A stretch of DNA of 64,000 bases from assembly GCA_964016885.1 (NCBI GenBank), contig OZ024740.1:95604001-95668000 (forward strand), written 5' to 3'. A model generated the notes under the pieces. That model saw only the letters and a list, made by a program, of their open reading frames with translations, was not told the origin of the DNA and ran no database searches. The stretch's first letter is position 1; each line of letters starts with the position of its first letter. This DNA is from Eledone cirrhosa (Eukaryota). The translations under genes and the position numbers were made by a program. Shown here piece after piece: positions 39,301-54,300 of the stretch.

Positions 39301-42300
39301 CTAGACAGGAATATTGGACTAGTTTCGATGTTATTACATCACATCAGCACTATATACCCATCTTCCGGCTTCTCTAGAGAATTGTAAAAGCACATATCGT
39401 TATATGCTTTTTCTATGAAAATTAGTAGTGGGCAGACTAATTTGCATAGAACGTGAGTCATTGTACGCACCGGTTCAGCGGAAACGATAAAAACAAATAA
39501 CGAAACGAAATTAAATTTCGTTTCGCTTCTAACTCACTTTTGTATGACTGACGCTTAAACAATTAAGTTAAAGTGTACATCTACATATGTATACGGAAGT
39601 ACTAGTATGCATATAAATACACACATGTATACATATGAACATGTACTGAGTTTTTCACTAGACACTTTACAGTGAGTGTCCAGCTAGTCTGTATGTAACC
39701 AAACAGACGAACCGGGTTTTAGAGTCATACGAGTTTTCAAGGAAACACACTTCCTCTATTCTCTAGAGAGCCAGACAGGAATATTGGACTAGTTTCGATG
39801 TTATTACATCTCATCGGCAATATAAACCCATCTTCCGGCTTCTCTAGAGAATTGTAATAGCACATATAGTTATATGCTTTTTCTATGAAAATTAGTAGTG
39901 GGCAGACTAATTTGCATAGAACGTGAGTCATTGTACGCACCGGTTCAGCGGAAACGATAAAAACAAATAACGAAACGAAATTAAATTTCGTTTCGCTTCT
40001 AACTCACTTTTCTATGACTGACGCTTAAACAATTAAGTTAAAGTGTACATCTACATATGTATACGGAAGTACTAGTATGCATATAAATACACACATGTAT
40101 ACATATGTACATGTACTGAGTTTTTCGCTAGACACTTTACAGTGAGTGTCCAGCTAGTCTGTATGTAACCAAACAGACGAACCGGGTTTTAGAGTCATAC
40201 GAGTTTTCAAGGAAACATACTTCCTCTATTCTCCAGAGAGCCAGACAGGAATATTGGACTTGTTTCGATGTTATTACATCTCATTAGCAATATATACCCA
40301 ACTTCCGGCTTCTCTAGAGAATTGTAAAAGCACATATCGTTATATGCTTTTTCTACGAAAATTAGTAGTGGGCAGAATAATTTGCATAGAACGTGAGTCA
40401 TTGTACGCACCGGTTCAGCGGAAACGATAAAAACAAATAACGAAACGAAATTAAATTTCGTTTCGCTTCTAACTCACTTTTGTATGACTGACGCTTAAAC
40501 AATTAAGTTAAAGTGTACATCTACATATGTATACGGAAGTACTAGTATGCATATAAATACACACATGTATACATATGTACATGTACAGAGTTTTTCGCTA
40601 GACACTTTACAGTGAGTGTCCAGCTAGTCTGTATGTAACCAAACAGACGAACCGGGTTTTAGAGTCATACGAGTTTTCAAGGAAACATACTTCCTCTATT
40701 CACCAGAGAGCCAGACAGGAATATTGGACTAGTTTCGATGTTATTACATCTCATCAGCAATAATAACCCATCTTCCGGCTTCTCTAGAGAATTGTAAAAG
40801 CACATATCGTTATATGCTTTTTCTATGAAAATTAGTAGTGGGCAGACTAATTTGCATAGAACGTGAGTCATTGTACGCACCGGTTCAGCGGAAACGATAA
40901 AAACAAATAACGAAACGAAATTAAATTTCGGTTCGCTACTAACTCACTTTTCTATGACTGACGCTTAAACAATTAAGTTAAAGTGTACATCTACATATGT
41001 ATACGGAAGTACTAGTATGCATATAAATACACACATGTATACATATGTACATGTACTGAGTTTTTCACTAGACACTTTACAGTGAGTGTCCAGCTAGTCT
41101 GTATGTAACCAAACAGACGAACCGGGTTTTACAGTCATACGAGTTTTCAAGGAAACACACTTCCTCTATTCTCCAGAGAGCCAGACAGGAATATTGGACT
41201 AGTTTCGATGTTATTACATCTCATCAGCAATAATAACCCATCTTCCGGCTTCTCTAGAGAATTGTAAAAGCACATATCGTTATATGCTTTTTCTATGAAA
41301 ATTAGTAGTGGGCAGACTAATTTGCATACAATGTGAGTCATTGTACGCACCGGTTCAGCGGAAACTATAAAAACAAATAACGAAACGAAATTAAATTTCG
41401 TTTCGCTTCTAACTCACTTTTCTATGACTGACGCTTAAACAATTAAGTTAAAGTGTACATCTACATATGTATACGGAAGTACTAGTATGCATATAAATAC
41501 ACACATGTATACATATGTACATGTACTGAGTTTTTCGCTAGACACTTTACAGTGAGTGTCCAGCTAGTCAGTATGTAACCAAACAGACGAACCGGGTTTT
41601 AGAGTCATACGAGTTTTCAAGGAAACATACTTCCTCTCTTCTCCAGAGAGCCAGACAGGAATATTGGACTTGTTTCGATGTTATTACATCTCATCAGCAA
41701 TATATACCCATCTTCCGGCTTCTCTAGAGAATTGTAAAAGCTCATATCGTTATATGCTTTTTCTATGAAAATTAGTAGTGGGCAGACTAATTTGCATAGA
41801 ACGTGAGTCATTGTACGCACCGGTTCAGCGGAAACGATAAAAACAAATAACGAAACGAAATTAAATTTCGGTTCGCTACTAACTCACTTTTCTATGACTG
41901 ACGCTTAAACAATTAAGTTAAAGTGTACATCTACATATGTATACGGAAGTACTAGTATGCATATAAATACACACATGTATACATATGTACATGTTCTGAG
42001 TTTTTCACTAGACACTTTACAGTGAGTGTCCAGCTAGTCTGTATGTAACCAAACAGACGAACCGGGTTTTAGAGTCATACGAGTTATCAAGGAAACACAC
42101 TTCCTCTATTCTCCAGAGAGCCAGACAGGAATATTGGACTAGTTTCGATGTTATTACATCTCATCAGCAATAATAACCCATCTTCCGGCTTCTCTAGAGA
42201 ATTGTAAAAGCACATATCGTTATATGCTTTTTCTATGAAAATTAGTAGTGGGCAGACTAATTTGCATAGAACGTGAGTCATTGTACGCACCGGTTCAGCG

Positions 42301-45300
42301 GAAACGATAAAAACAAATAACGAAACGAAATTAAATTTCGGTTCGCTACTAACTCACTTTTCTATGACTGACGCTTAAACAATTAAGTTAAAGTGTACAT
42401 CTACATATGTATACGGAAGTACTAGTATGCATATAAATACACACATGTATACATATGTACATGTACTGAGTTTTTCACTAGACACTTTACAGTGAGTGTC
42501 CAGCTAGTCTGTATGTAACCAAACAGACGAACCGGGTTTTAGAGTCATACGAGTTTTCAAGGAAACAGACTTCCTCTATTCTCCAGAGAGCCAGACAGGA
42601 ATATTGGACTAGTTTCGATGTTATTACATCTCATCAGCAATAATAACCCATCTTCAGGCTTCTCTAGAGAATTGTAAAAGCACTTATCGTTATATGCTTT
42701 TTCTATGAAAATTAGTAGTGTGCAGACTAATTTGCATAGAACGTGAGTCATTGTGCGCACTGGTTCAGTGGAAACGATAAAAACAAATAACGAAACGAAA
42801 CTAAATTTCGTTTCGCTTCTAACTCACTTTTGTATGACTGACGCTTAAACAATTAAGTTAAAGTGTACATCTACATATGTATACGGAAGTACTAATATGC
42901 ATATAAATACACACATGTGTACATATGTACATGTACTGAGTTTTTCACTAGACACTTTACAGTGAGTGTCCAGCTAGTCTGTATGTAACCAAACAGACGA
43001 ACCGGGTTTTAGAGTCATACAAGTTTTCAAGGAAACACACTTCCTCTATTCTCCAGAGAGCCAGACAGGTATATTGGACTAGTTTCGATGTTATTACATC
43101 TCATCAGCAATATAACCCATCTTCCGGCTTCTCTAGCGAATTGTAAAAGCACATATCGTTATATGCTTTTTCTATGAAAATTAGTAGTGGGCAGACTAAT
43201 TTGCATAGGACGTGAGTCATTGTACGCACCGGTTCAGCGGAAACGATAAAAACAAATAACGAAACGAAATTAAATTTCGTTTCGCTTCTAACTCACTTTT
43301 GTATGACTGACGCTAAAACAATTAAGTTAAAGTGTACATCTACATATGTATACGGAAGTACTAGTATGCATATAAATACACACATGTATACATATGTACA
43401 TGTACTGTGTTTTTCACTAGACACTTTACAGTGAGTGTCCAGCTAGTCTGTATGTAACCAAACAGACGAACCGGGTTTTAGAGTCATACGAGTTTTCAAG
43501 GAAACACACTTCCTCTATTCTCCAAAGAGCCAGACAGGAATATTGGACTAGTTTCGATGTTATTACATCTCATCAGCAATATAAACCCATCTTCCGGCTT
43601 CTCTAGAGAATTGTAAAAGCACATATCGTTATATGCTTTTTCTATGAAAATTAGTAGTGGGCAGACTAATTTGCATAGAACGTGAGTCATTGTACGCACC
43701 GGTTCAGCGGAAACGATAAAAACAAATAACGAAACGAAATTAAATTTCGTTTCGTTTCTTACTCACTTTTGTATGACTGACGCTTAAACAATTAAGTTAA
43801 AGTGTACATCTACATATGTATACGGAAGTACTAGTATGCATATAAATACACACATGTATACATATGTACATGTACTGTGTTTTTCACTAGACACTTTACA
43901 GTGAGTGTCCAGCTAGTCTGTATGTAACCAAACAGACGAACCGGGTTTTAGAGTCATACGAGTTTTCAAGGAAACACACTTCCTCTATTCTCCAGAGAGC
44001 CAGACAGGTATATTGGACTAGTTTCGATGTTATTGCAGCTCATCAGCAATATAACCCATCTTCCGGCTTCTCTAGAGAATTGTAAAAGCACATATCGTTA
44101 TATGCTTTTTCTATGAAAATTAGTAGTGGGCAGACTAATTTGCATAGAACGTGAGTCATTGTACGCACCGGTTCAGCGGAAACAATAAAAACAAATAACG
44201 AAACGAAATTAAATTTCGTTTCGCTTCTAACTCACTTTTGTATGACTGACGCTTAAACAATTAAGTTAAAGTGTACATCTACATATGTATACGGAAGTAC
44301 TAGTATGCATATAAATACACCAATGTATACATATGTACATGTACTGTGTTTTTCACTAGACACTTTACAGTGAGTGTCCAGCTAGTCTGTATGTAACCAA
44401 ACAGACGAACCGGGTTTTAGAGTCATACGAGTTTTCAAGGAAACACACTTCCTCTATTCTCCAGAGAGCCAGACAGGAATATTGGACTAGTTTCGATGTT
44501 ATTACATCTCATCAGCAATATAAACCCATCTTCCGGCTTCTCTAGAGAATTGTAAATGCACATATCGTTATATGCTTTTTCTATGAAAATTAGTAGTGGG
44601 CAGACTAATTTGCATAGAACGTGAGTCATTGTACGCACCGGTTCAGCGGAAACGATAAAAACAAATAACGAAACGAAATTAAATTTCGTTTCGCTTCTAA
44701 CTCACTTTTGTATGACTGACGCTTAAACAATTAAGTTAAAGTGTACATCTACATATGTATACGGAAGTACTAGTATGCATATAAATACACACATGTATAC
44801 ATATGTACATGTACTGTGTTTTTCACTAGACACTTTACAGTGAGTGTCCAGCTAGTCTGTATGTAACCAAACAGACGAACCGGGTTTTAGAGTCATACGA
44901 GTTTTCAAGGAAACACACTTCCTCTATTCTCCAGAGAGCCAGACAGGTATATTGGACTAGTTTCGATGTTATTACATCTCATCAGCAATATAACCCATCT
45001 TCCGGCTTCTCTAGAGAATTGTAAAAGCACATATCGTTATTTGCTTTTTCTATGAAAATTAGTAGTGGGCAGACTAATTTGCATAGAACGTGAGTCATTG
45101 TACGCACCGGTTCAGCGGAAACGATAAAAACAAATAACGAAACGAAATTAAATTTCGTTTCTTTTCTAACTCACTTTTGTATGACTGACGCTTAAACAAT
45201 TAAGTTAAAGTGTACCTCTACATATGTATACGGAAGTACTAGTAGGCATATAAATACACACATGTATACATATGTACATGTACTGAGTTTTTCACTAGAC

Positions 45301-48300
45301 ACTTTACAGTGAGTGTCCAGCTAGTCTGTATGTAACCAAACAGACGAACCGGGTTTTAGAGTCATACGAGTTTTCAGGGAAACACACTTCCTCTATTCTC
45401 CAGAGAGCCAGACAGGAATATTGGACTAGTTTCGATGTTATTACATCTCATCAGCAATATAAACCCATCTTCCGGCTTCTCTAGAGAATTGTAAAAGCAC
45501 GTATCGTTATATGCTTTTTCTATGAAAATTAGTAGTGGGCAGACTAATTTGCATAGAACGTGAGTCATTGTACGCACCGGTTCAGCGGAAACGATAAAAA
45601 CAAATAACGAAACGAAATTAAATTTCGTTTCGCTTCTCACTCACTTTTCTATGACTGACGCTTAAACAATTAAGTTAAAGTGTACATCTACATATGTATA
45701 CGGAAGTACTAGTATGCATATAAATACACACATGTATACATATGTACATGTACTGAGTTTTTCGCTAGACACTTTACAGTGAGTGTCCAGCTAGTCTGTA
45801 TGTAACCAAACAGACGAACCGGGTTTTAGAGTCATACGAGTTTTCAAGGAAACACACTTCCTCTATTCTCCAGAGAGCCAGACAGGTATATTGGACTAGT
45901 TTCGATGTTATTACATCTCATCAGCAATATAACCCATCTTCCGGCTTCTCTAGAGAATTGTAAAAGCACATATCGTTATATGCTTTTTCTATGAAAATTA
46001 GTAGTGGGCAGACTAATTTGCATAGAACATGAGTCATTGTACGCACCGGTTCAGCGGAAACGATAAAAACAAATAACGAAACGAAATTAAATTTCGTTTC
46101 TTTTCTAACTCACTTTTGTATGACTGACGCTTAAACAATTAAGTTAAAGTGTACCTCTACATATGTATACGGAAGTACTAGTAGGCATATAAATACACAC
46201 ATGTATACATATGTACATGTACTGAGTTTTTCACTAGACACTTTACAGTGAGTGTCCAGCTAGTCTGTATGTAACCAAACAGACGAACCGGGTTTTAGAG
46301 TCATACGAGTTTTCAGGGAAACACACTTCCTCTATTCTCCAGAGAGCCAGACAGGAATATTGGACTAGTTTCGATGTTATTACATCTCATCAGCAATATA
46401 AACCCATCTTCCGGCTTCTCTAGAGAATTGTAAAAGCACATATCGTTATATGCTTTTTCTATGAAAATTAGTAGTGGGCAGACTAATTTGCATAGAACGT
46501 GAGTCATTGTACGCACCGGTTCAGCGGAAACGATAAAAACAAATAACGAAACGAAATTAAATTTCGGTTCGCTACTAACTCACTTTTCTATGACTGACGC
46601 TTAAACAATTAAGTTAAAGTGTACATCTACATATGTATACGGAAGTACTAGTATGCATATAAATACACACATGTATACATATGTACATGTACTGAGTTTT
46701 TCACTAGACACTTTACAGTGAGTGTCCAGCTAGTCTGTATGTAACCAAACAGACGAACCGGGTTTTACAGTCATACGAGTTTTCAAGGAAACACACTTCC
46801 TCTATTCTCCAGAGAGCCAGACAGGAATATTGGACTAGTTTCGATGTTATTACATCTCATCAGCAATAATAACCCATCTTCCGGCTTCTCTAGAGAATTG
46901 TAAAAGCACATATCGTTATATGCTTTTTCTATGAAAATTAGTAGTGTGCAGACTAATTTGCATAGAACGTGAGTCATTGTGCGCACTGGTTCAGTGGAAA
47001 CGATAAAAACAAATAACGAAACGAAACTAAATTTCGTTTCGCTTCTAACTCACTTTTGTATGACTGACGCTTAAACAATTAAGTTAAAGTGTACATCTAC
47101 ATATGTATACGGAAGTACTAGTATGCATATAAATACACACATGTGTACATATGTACATGTACTGAGTTTTTCACTAGACACTTTACAGTGAGTGTCCAGC
47201 TAGTCTGTATGTAACCAAACAGACGAACCGGGTTTTAGAGTCATACAAGTTTTCAAGGAAACACACTTCCTCTATTCTCCAGAGAGCCAGACAGGTATAT
47301 TGGACTAGTTTCGATGTTATTACATCTCATCAGCAATATAACCCATCTTCCGGCTTCTCTAGCGAATTGTAAAAGCACATATCGTTATATGCTTTTTCTA
47401 TGAAAATTAGTAGTGGGCAGACTAATTTGCATAGGACGTGAGTCATTGTACGCACCGGTTCAGCGGAAACGATAAAAACAAATAACGAAACGAAATTAAA
47501 TTTCGTTTCGCTTCTAACTCACTTTTGTATGACTGACGCTAAAACAATTAAGTTAAAGTGTACATCTACATATGTATACGGAAGTACTAGTATGCATATA
47601 AATACACACATGTATACATATGTACATGTACTGTGTTTTTCACTAGACACTTTACAGTGAGTGTCCAGCTAGTCTGTATGTAACCAAACAGACGAACCGG
47701 GTTTTAGAGTCATACGAGTTTTCAAGGAAACACACTTCCTCTATTCTCCAAAGAGCCAGACAGGAATATTGGACTAGTTTCGATGTTATTACATCTCATC
47801 AGCAATATAAACCCATCTTCCGGCTTCTCTAGAGAATTGTAAAAGCACATATCGTTATATGCTTTTTCTATGAAAATTAGTAGTGGGCAGACTAATTTGC
47901 ATAGAACGTGAGTCATTGTACGCACCGGTTCAGCGGAAACGATAAAAACAAATAACGAAACGAAATTAAATTTCGTTTCGTTTCTTACTCACTTTTGTAT
48001 GACTGACGCTTAAACAATTAAGTTAAAGTGTACATCTACATATGTATACGGAAGTACTAGTATGCATATAAATACACACATGTATACATATGTACATGTA
48101 CTGTGTTTTTCACTAGACACTTTACAGTGAGTGTCCAGCTAGTCTGTATGTAACCAAACAGACGAACCGGGTTTTAGAGTCATACGAGTTTTCAAGGAAA
48201 CACACTTCCTCTATTCTCCAGAGAGCCAGACAGGTATATTGGACTAGTTTCGATGTTATTGCAGCTCATCAGCAATATAACCCATCTTCCGGCTTCTCTA

Positions 48301-51300
48301 GAGAATTGTAAAAGCACATATCGTTATATGCTTTTTCTATGAAAATTAGTAGTGGGCAGACTAATTTGCATAGAACGTGAGTCATTGTACGCACCGGTTC
48401 AGCGGAAACAATAAAAACAAATAACGAAACGAAATTAAATTTCGTTTCGCTTCTAACTCACTTTTGTATGACTGACGCTTAAACAATTAAGTTAAAGTGT
48501 ACATCTACATATGTATACGGAAGTACTAGTATGCATATAAATACACCAATGTATACATATGTACATGTACTGTGTTTTTCACTAGACACTTTACAGTGAG
48601 TGTCCAGCTAGTCTGTATGTAACCAAACAGACGAACCGGGTTTTAGAGTCATACGAGTTTTCAAGGAAACACACTTCCTCTATTCTCCAGAGAGCCAGAC
48701 AGGAATATTGGACTAGTTTCGATGTTATTACATCTCATCAGCAATATAAACCCATCTTCCGGCTTCTCTAGAGAATTGTAAATGCACATATCGTTATATG
48801 CTTTTTCTATGAAAATTAGTAGTGGGCAGACTAATTTGCATAGAACGTGAGTCATTGTACGCACCGGTTCAGCGGAAACGATAAAAACAAATAACGAAAC
48901 GAAATTAAATTTCGTTTCGCTTCTAACTCACTTTTGTATGACTGACGCTTAAACAATTAAGTTAAAGTGTACATCTACATATGTATACGGAAGTACTAGT
49001 ATGCATATAAATACACACATGTATACATATGTACATGTACTGTGTTTTTCACTAGACACTTTACAGTGAGTGTCCAGCTAGTCTGTATGTAACCAAACAG
49101 ACGAACCGGGTTTTAGAGTCATACGAGTTTTCAAGGAAACACACTTCCTCTATTCTCCAGAGAGCCAGACAGGTATATTGGACTAGTTTCGATGTTATTA
49201 CATCTCATCAGCAATATAACCCATCTTCCGGCTTCTCTAGAGAATTGTAAAAGCACATATCGTTATTTGCTTTTTCTATGAAAATTAGTAGTGGGCAGAC
49301 TAATTTGCATAGAACGTGAGTCATTGTACGCACCGGTTCAGCGGAAACGATAAAAACAAATAACGAAACGAAATTAAATTTCGTTTCTTTTCTAACTCAC
49401 TTTTGTATGACTGACGCTTAAACAATTAAGTTAAAGTGTACCTCTACATATGTATACGGAAGTACTAGTAGGCATATAAATACACACATGTATACATATG
49501 TACATGTACTGAGTTTTTCACTAGACACTTTACAGTGAGTGTCCAGCTAGTCTGTATGTAACCAAACAGACGAACCGGGTTTTAGAGTCATACGAGTTTT
49601 CAGGGAAACACACTTCCTCTATTCTCCAGAGAGCCAGACAGGAATATTGGACTAGTTTCGATGTTATTACATCTCATCAGCAATATAAACCCATCTTCCG
49701 GCTTCTCTAGAGAATTGTAAAAGCACGTATCGTTATATGCTTTTTCTATGAAAATTAGTAGTGGGCAGACTAATTTGCATAGAACGTGAGTCATTGTACG
49801 CACCGGTTCAGCGGAAACGATAAAAACAAATAACGAAACGAAATTAAATTTCGTTTCGCTTCTCACTCACTTTTCTATGACTGACGCTTAAACAATTAAG
49901 TTAAAGTGTACATCTACATATGTATACGGAAGTACTAGTATGCATATAAATACACACATGTATACATATGTACATGTACTGAGTTTTTCGCTAGACACTT
50001 TACAGTGAGTGTCCAGCTAGTCTGTATGTAACCAAACAGACGAACCGGGTTTTAGAGTCATACGAGTTTTCAAGGAAACACACTTCCTCTATTCTCCAGA
50101 GAGCCAGACAGGTATATTGGACTAGTTTCGATGTTATTACATCTCATCAGCAATATAACCCATCTTCCGGCTTCTCTAGAGAATTGTAAAAGCACATATC
50201 GTTATATGCTTTTTCTATGAAAATTAGTAGTGGGCAGACTAATTTGCATAGAACATGAGTCATTGTACGCACCGGTTCAGCGGAAACGATAAAAACAAAT
50301 AACGAAACGAAATTAAATTTCGTTTCTTTTCTAACTCACTTTTGTATGACTGACGCTTAAACAATTAAGTTAAAGTGTACCTCTACATATGTATACGGAA
50401 GTACTAGTAGGCATATAAATACACACATGTATACATATGTACATGTACTGAGTTTTTCACTAGACACTTTACAGTGAGTGTCCAGCTAGTCTGTATGTAA
50501 CCAAACAGACGAACCGGGTTTTAGAGCCATACGAGTTTTCAGGGAAACACACTTCCTCTATTCTCCAGAGAGCCAGACAGGAATATTGGACTAGTTTCGA
50601 TGTTATTACATCTCATCAGCAATATAAACCCATCTTCCGGCTTCTCTAGAGAATTGTAAAAGCACGTATCGTTATATGCTTTTTCTATGAAAATTAGTAG
50701 TGGGCAGACTAATTTGCATAGAACGTGAGTCATTGTACGCACCGGTTCAGCGGAAACGATAAAAACAAATAACGAAACAAAATTAAATTTCGTTTCGCTT
50801 CTAACTCACTTTTCTATGACTGACGCTTAAACAATTAAGTTAAAGTGTACATCTACATATGTATACGGAAGTACTAGTATGCATATAAATACACACATGT
50901 ATACATATGTACATGTACTGAGTTTTTCGCTAGACACTTTACAGTGAGTGTCCAGCTAGTCTGTATGTAACCAAACAGACGAACCGGGTTTTAGAGTCAT
51001 ACGAGTTTTCAAGGAAACATACTTCCTCTATTCTCCAGAGAGCCAGACAGGAAGATTGGACTTGTTTCGATGTTATTACATCTCATCAGCAATATATACC
51101 CAACTTCCGGCTTCTCTAGAGAATTGTAAAAGCACATATCGTTATATGCTTTTTCTATGAAAATTAGTAGTGGGCAGAATAATTTGCATAGAACGTGAGT
51201 CATTGTACGCACCGGTTCAGCGGAAACGATAAAAACAAATAACGAAACGAAATTAAATTTCGTTTCGCTTCTAACTCACTTTTGTATGACTGACGCTTAA

Positions 51301-54300
51301 ACAATTAAGTTAAAGTGTACATCTACATATGTATACGGAAGTACTAGTATGCATATAAATACACACATGTATACATATGTACATGTACTGTGTTTTTCAC
51401 TAGACACTTTACAGTGAGTGTCCAGCTAGTCTGTATGTAACCAAACAGACGAACCGGGTTTTAGAGTCATACGAGTTTTCAAGGAAACACACTTCCTCTA
51501 TTCTCCAGAGAGCCAGACAGGTATATTGGACTAGTTTCGATGTTATTACATCTCATCAGCAATATAACCCATCTTCCGGCTTCTCTAGAGAATTGTAAAA
51601 GCACATATCGTTATATGCTTTTTCTATGAAAATTAGTAGTGGGCAGACTAATTTGCATAGAACGTGAGTCATTGTACGCACCGGTTCAGCGGAAACGATA
51701 AAAACAAATAACGAAACGAAATTAAATTTCGTTTCTTTTCTAACTCACTTTTGTATGACTGACGCTTAAACAATTAAGTTAAAGTGTACCTCTACATATG
51801 TATACGGAAGTACTAGTAGGCATATAAATACACACATGTATACATATGTACATGTACTGAGTTTTTCACTAGACACTTTACAGTGAGTGTCCAGCTAGTC
51901 TGTATGTAACCAAACAGACGAACCGGGTTTTAGAGTCATACGAGTTTTCAGGGAAACACACTTCCTCTATTCTCCAGAGAGCCAGACAGGAATATTGGAC
52001 TAGTTTCGATGTTGTTACATCTCATCAGCAATATAAACCCATCTTCCGGCTTCTCTAGAGAATTGTAAAAGCACGTATCGTTATATGCTTTTTCTATGAA
52101 AATTAGTAGTGGGCAGACTAATTTGCATAGAACGTGAGTCATTGTACGCACCGGTTCAGCGGAAACGATAAAAACAAATAACGAAACGAAATTAAATTTC
52201 GTTTCGCTTCTCACTCACTTTTCTATGACTGACGCTTAAACAATTAAGTTAAAGTGTACATCTACATATGTATACGGAAGTACTAGTATGCATATAAATA
52301 CACACATGTATACATATGTACATGTACTGAGTTTTTCGCTAGACACTTTACAGTGAGTGTCCAGCTAGTCTGTATGTAACCAAACAGACGAACCGGGTTT
52401 TAGAGTCATACGAGTTTTCAAGGAAACACACTTCCCCTATTCTCCAGAGAGCCAGACAGGTATATTGGACTAGTTTCGATGTTATTACATCTCATCAGCA
52501 ATATAACCCATCTTCCGGCTTCTCTACAGAATTGTAAAAGCACATATCGTTATATGCTTTTTCTATGAAAATTAGTAGTGGGCAGGCTAATTTGCATAGA
52601 ACGTGAGTCATTGTACGCACCGGTTCAGCGGAAACGATAAAAACAAATAACGAAACGAAATTAAATTTCGTTTCTTTTCTAACTCACTTTTGTATGACTG
52701 ACGCTTAAACAATTAAGTTAAAGTGTACCTCTACATATGTATACGGAAGTACTAGTAGGCATATAAATACACACATGTATACATATGTACATGTACTGAG
52801 TTTTTCACTAGACACTTTACAGTGAGTGTCCAGCTAGTCTGTATGTAACCAAACAGACGAACCGGGTTTTAGAGTCATACGAGTTTTCAGGGAAACACAC
52901 TTCCTCTATTCTCCAGAGAGCCAGACAGGAATATTGGACTAGTTTCGATGTTATTACATCTCATCAGCAATATAAACCCATCTTCCGGCTTCTCTAGAGA
53001 ATTGTAAAAGCACGTATCGTTATATGCTTTTTCTATGAAAATTAGTAGTGGGCAGACTAATTTGCATAGAACGTGAGTCATTGTACGCACCGGTTCAGCG
53101 GAAACGATAAAAACAAATAACGAAACAAAATTAAATTTCGTTTCGCTTCTAACTCACTTTTCTATGACTGACGCTTAAACAATTAAGTTAAAGTGTACAT
53201 CTACATATGTATACGGAAGTACTAGTATGCATATAAATACACACATGTATACATATGTACATGTACTGAGTTTTTCGCTAGACACTTTACAGTGAGTGTC
53301 CAGCTAGTCTGTATGTAACCAAACAGACGAACCGGGTTTTAGAGTCATACGAGTTTTCAAGGAAACATACTTCCTCTATTCTGCAGAGAGCCAGACAGGA
53401 AGATTGGACTTGTTTCGATGTTATTACATCTCATCAGCAATATATACCCAACTTCCGGCTTCTCTAGAGAATTGTAAAAGCACATATCGTTATATGCTTT
53501 TTCTATGAAAATTAGTAGTGGGCAGAATAATTTGCATAGAACGTGAGTCATTGTACGCACCGGTTCAGCGGAAACGATAAAAACAAATAACGAAACGAAA
53601 TTAAATTTCGTTTCGCTTCTAACTCACTTTTGTATGACTGACGTTTAAACAATTAAGTTAAAGTGTACATCTACATATGTATACGGAAGTACTAGTATGC
53701 ATATAAATACACACATGTATACATATGTACATGTACAGAGTTTTTCGCTAGACACTTTACAGTGAGTGTCCAGCTAGTCTGTATGTAACCAAACAGACGA
53801 ACCGGGTTTTAGAGTCATACGAGTTTTCAAGGAAACATACTTCCTCTATTCTCCAGAGAGCCAGACAGGAATATTGGACTAGTTTCGATGTTATTACATC
53901 TCATCAGCAATAATAACCCATCTTCCGGCTTCTCTAGAGAATTGTAAAAGCACATATCGTTATATGCTTTTTCTATGAAAATTAGTAGTGGGCAGACTAA
54001 TTTGCATAGAACGTGAGTCATTGTACGCACCGGTTCAGCGGAAACGATAAAAACAAATAACGAAACGAAATTAAATTTCGGTTCGCTACTAACTCACTTT
54101 TCTATGACTGACGCTTAAACAATTAAGTTAAAGTGTACATCTACATATGTATACGGAAGTACTAGTATGCATATAAATACACACATGTATACATATGTAC
54201 ATGTACTGAGTTTTTCACTAGACACTTTACAGTGAGTGTCCAGCTAGTCTGTATGTAACCAAACAGACGAACCGGGTTTTACAGTCATACGAGTTTTCAA

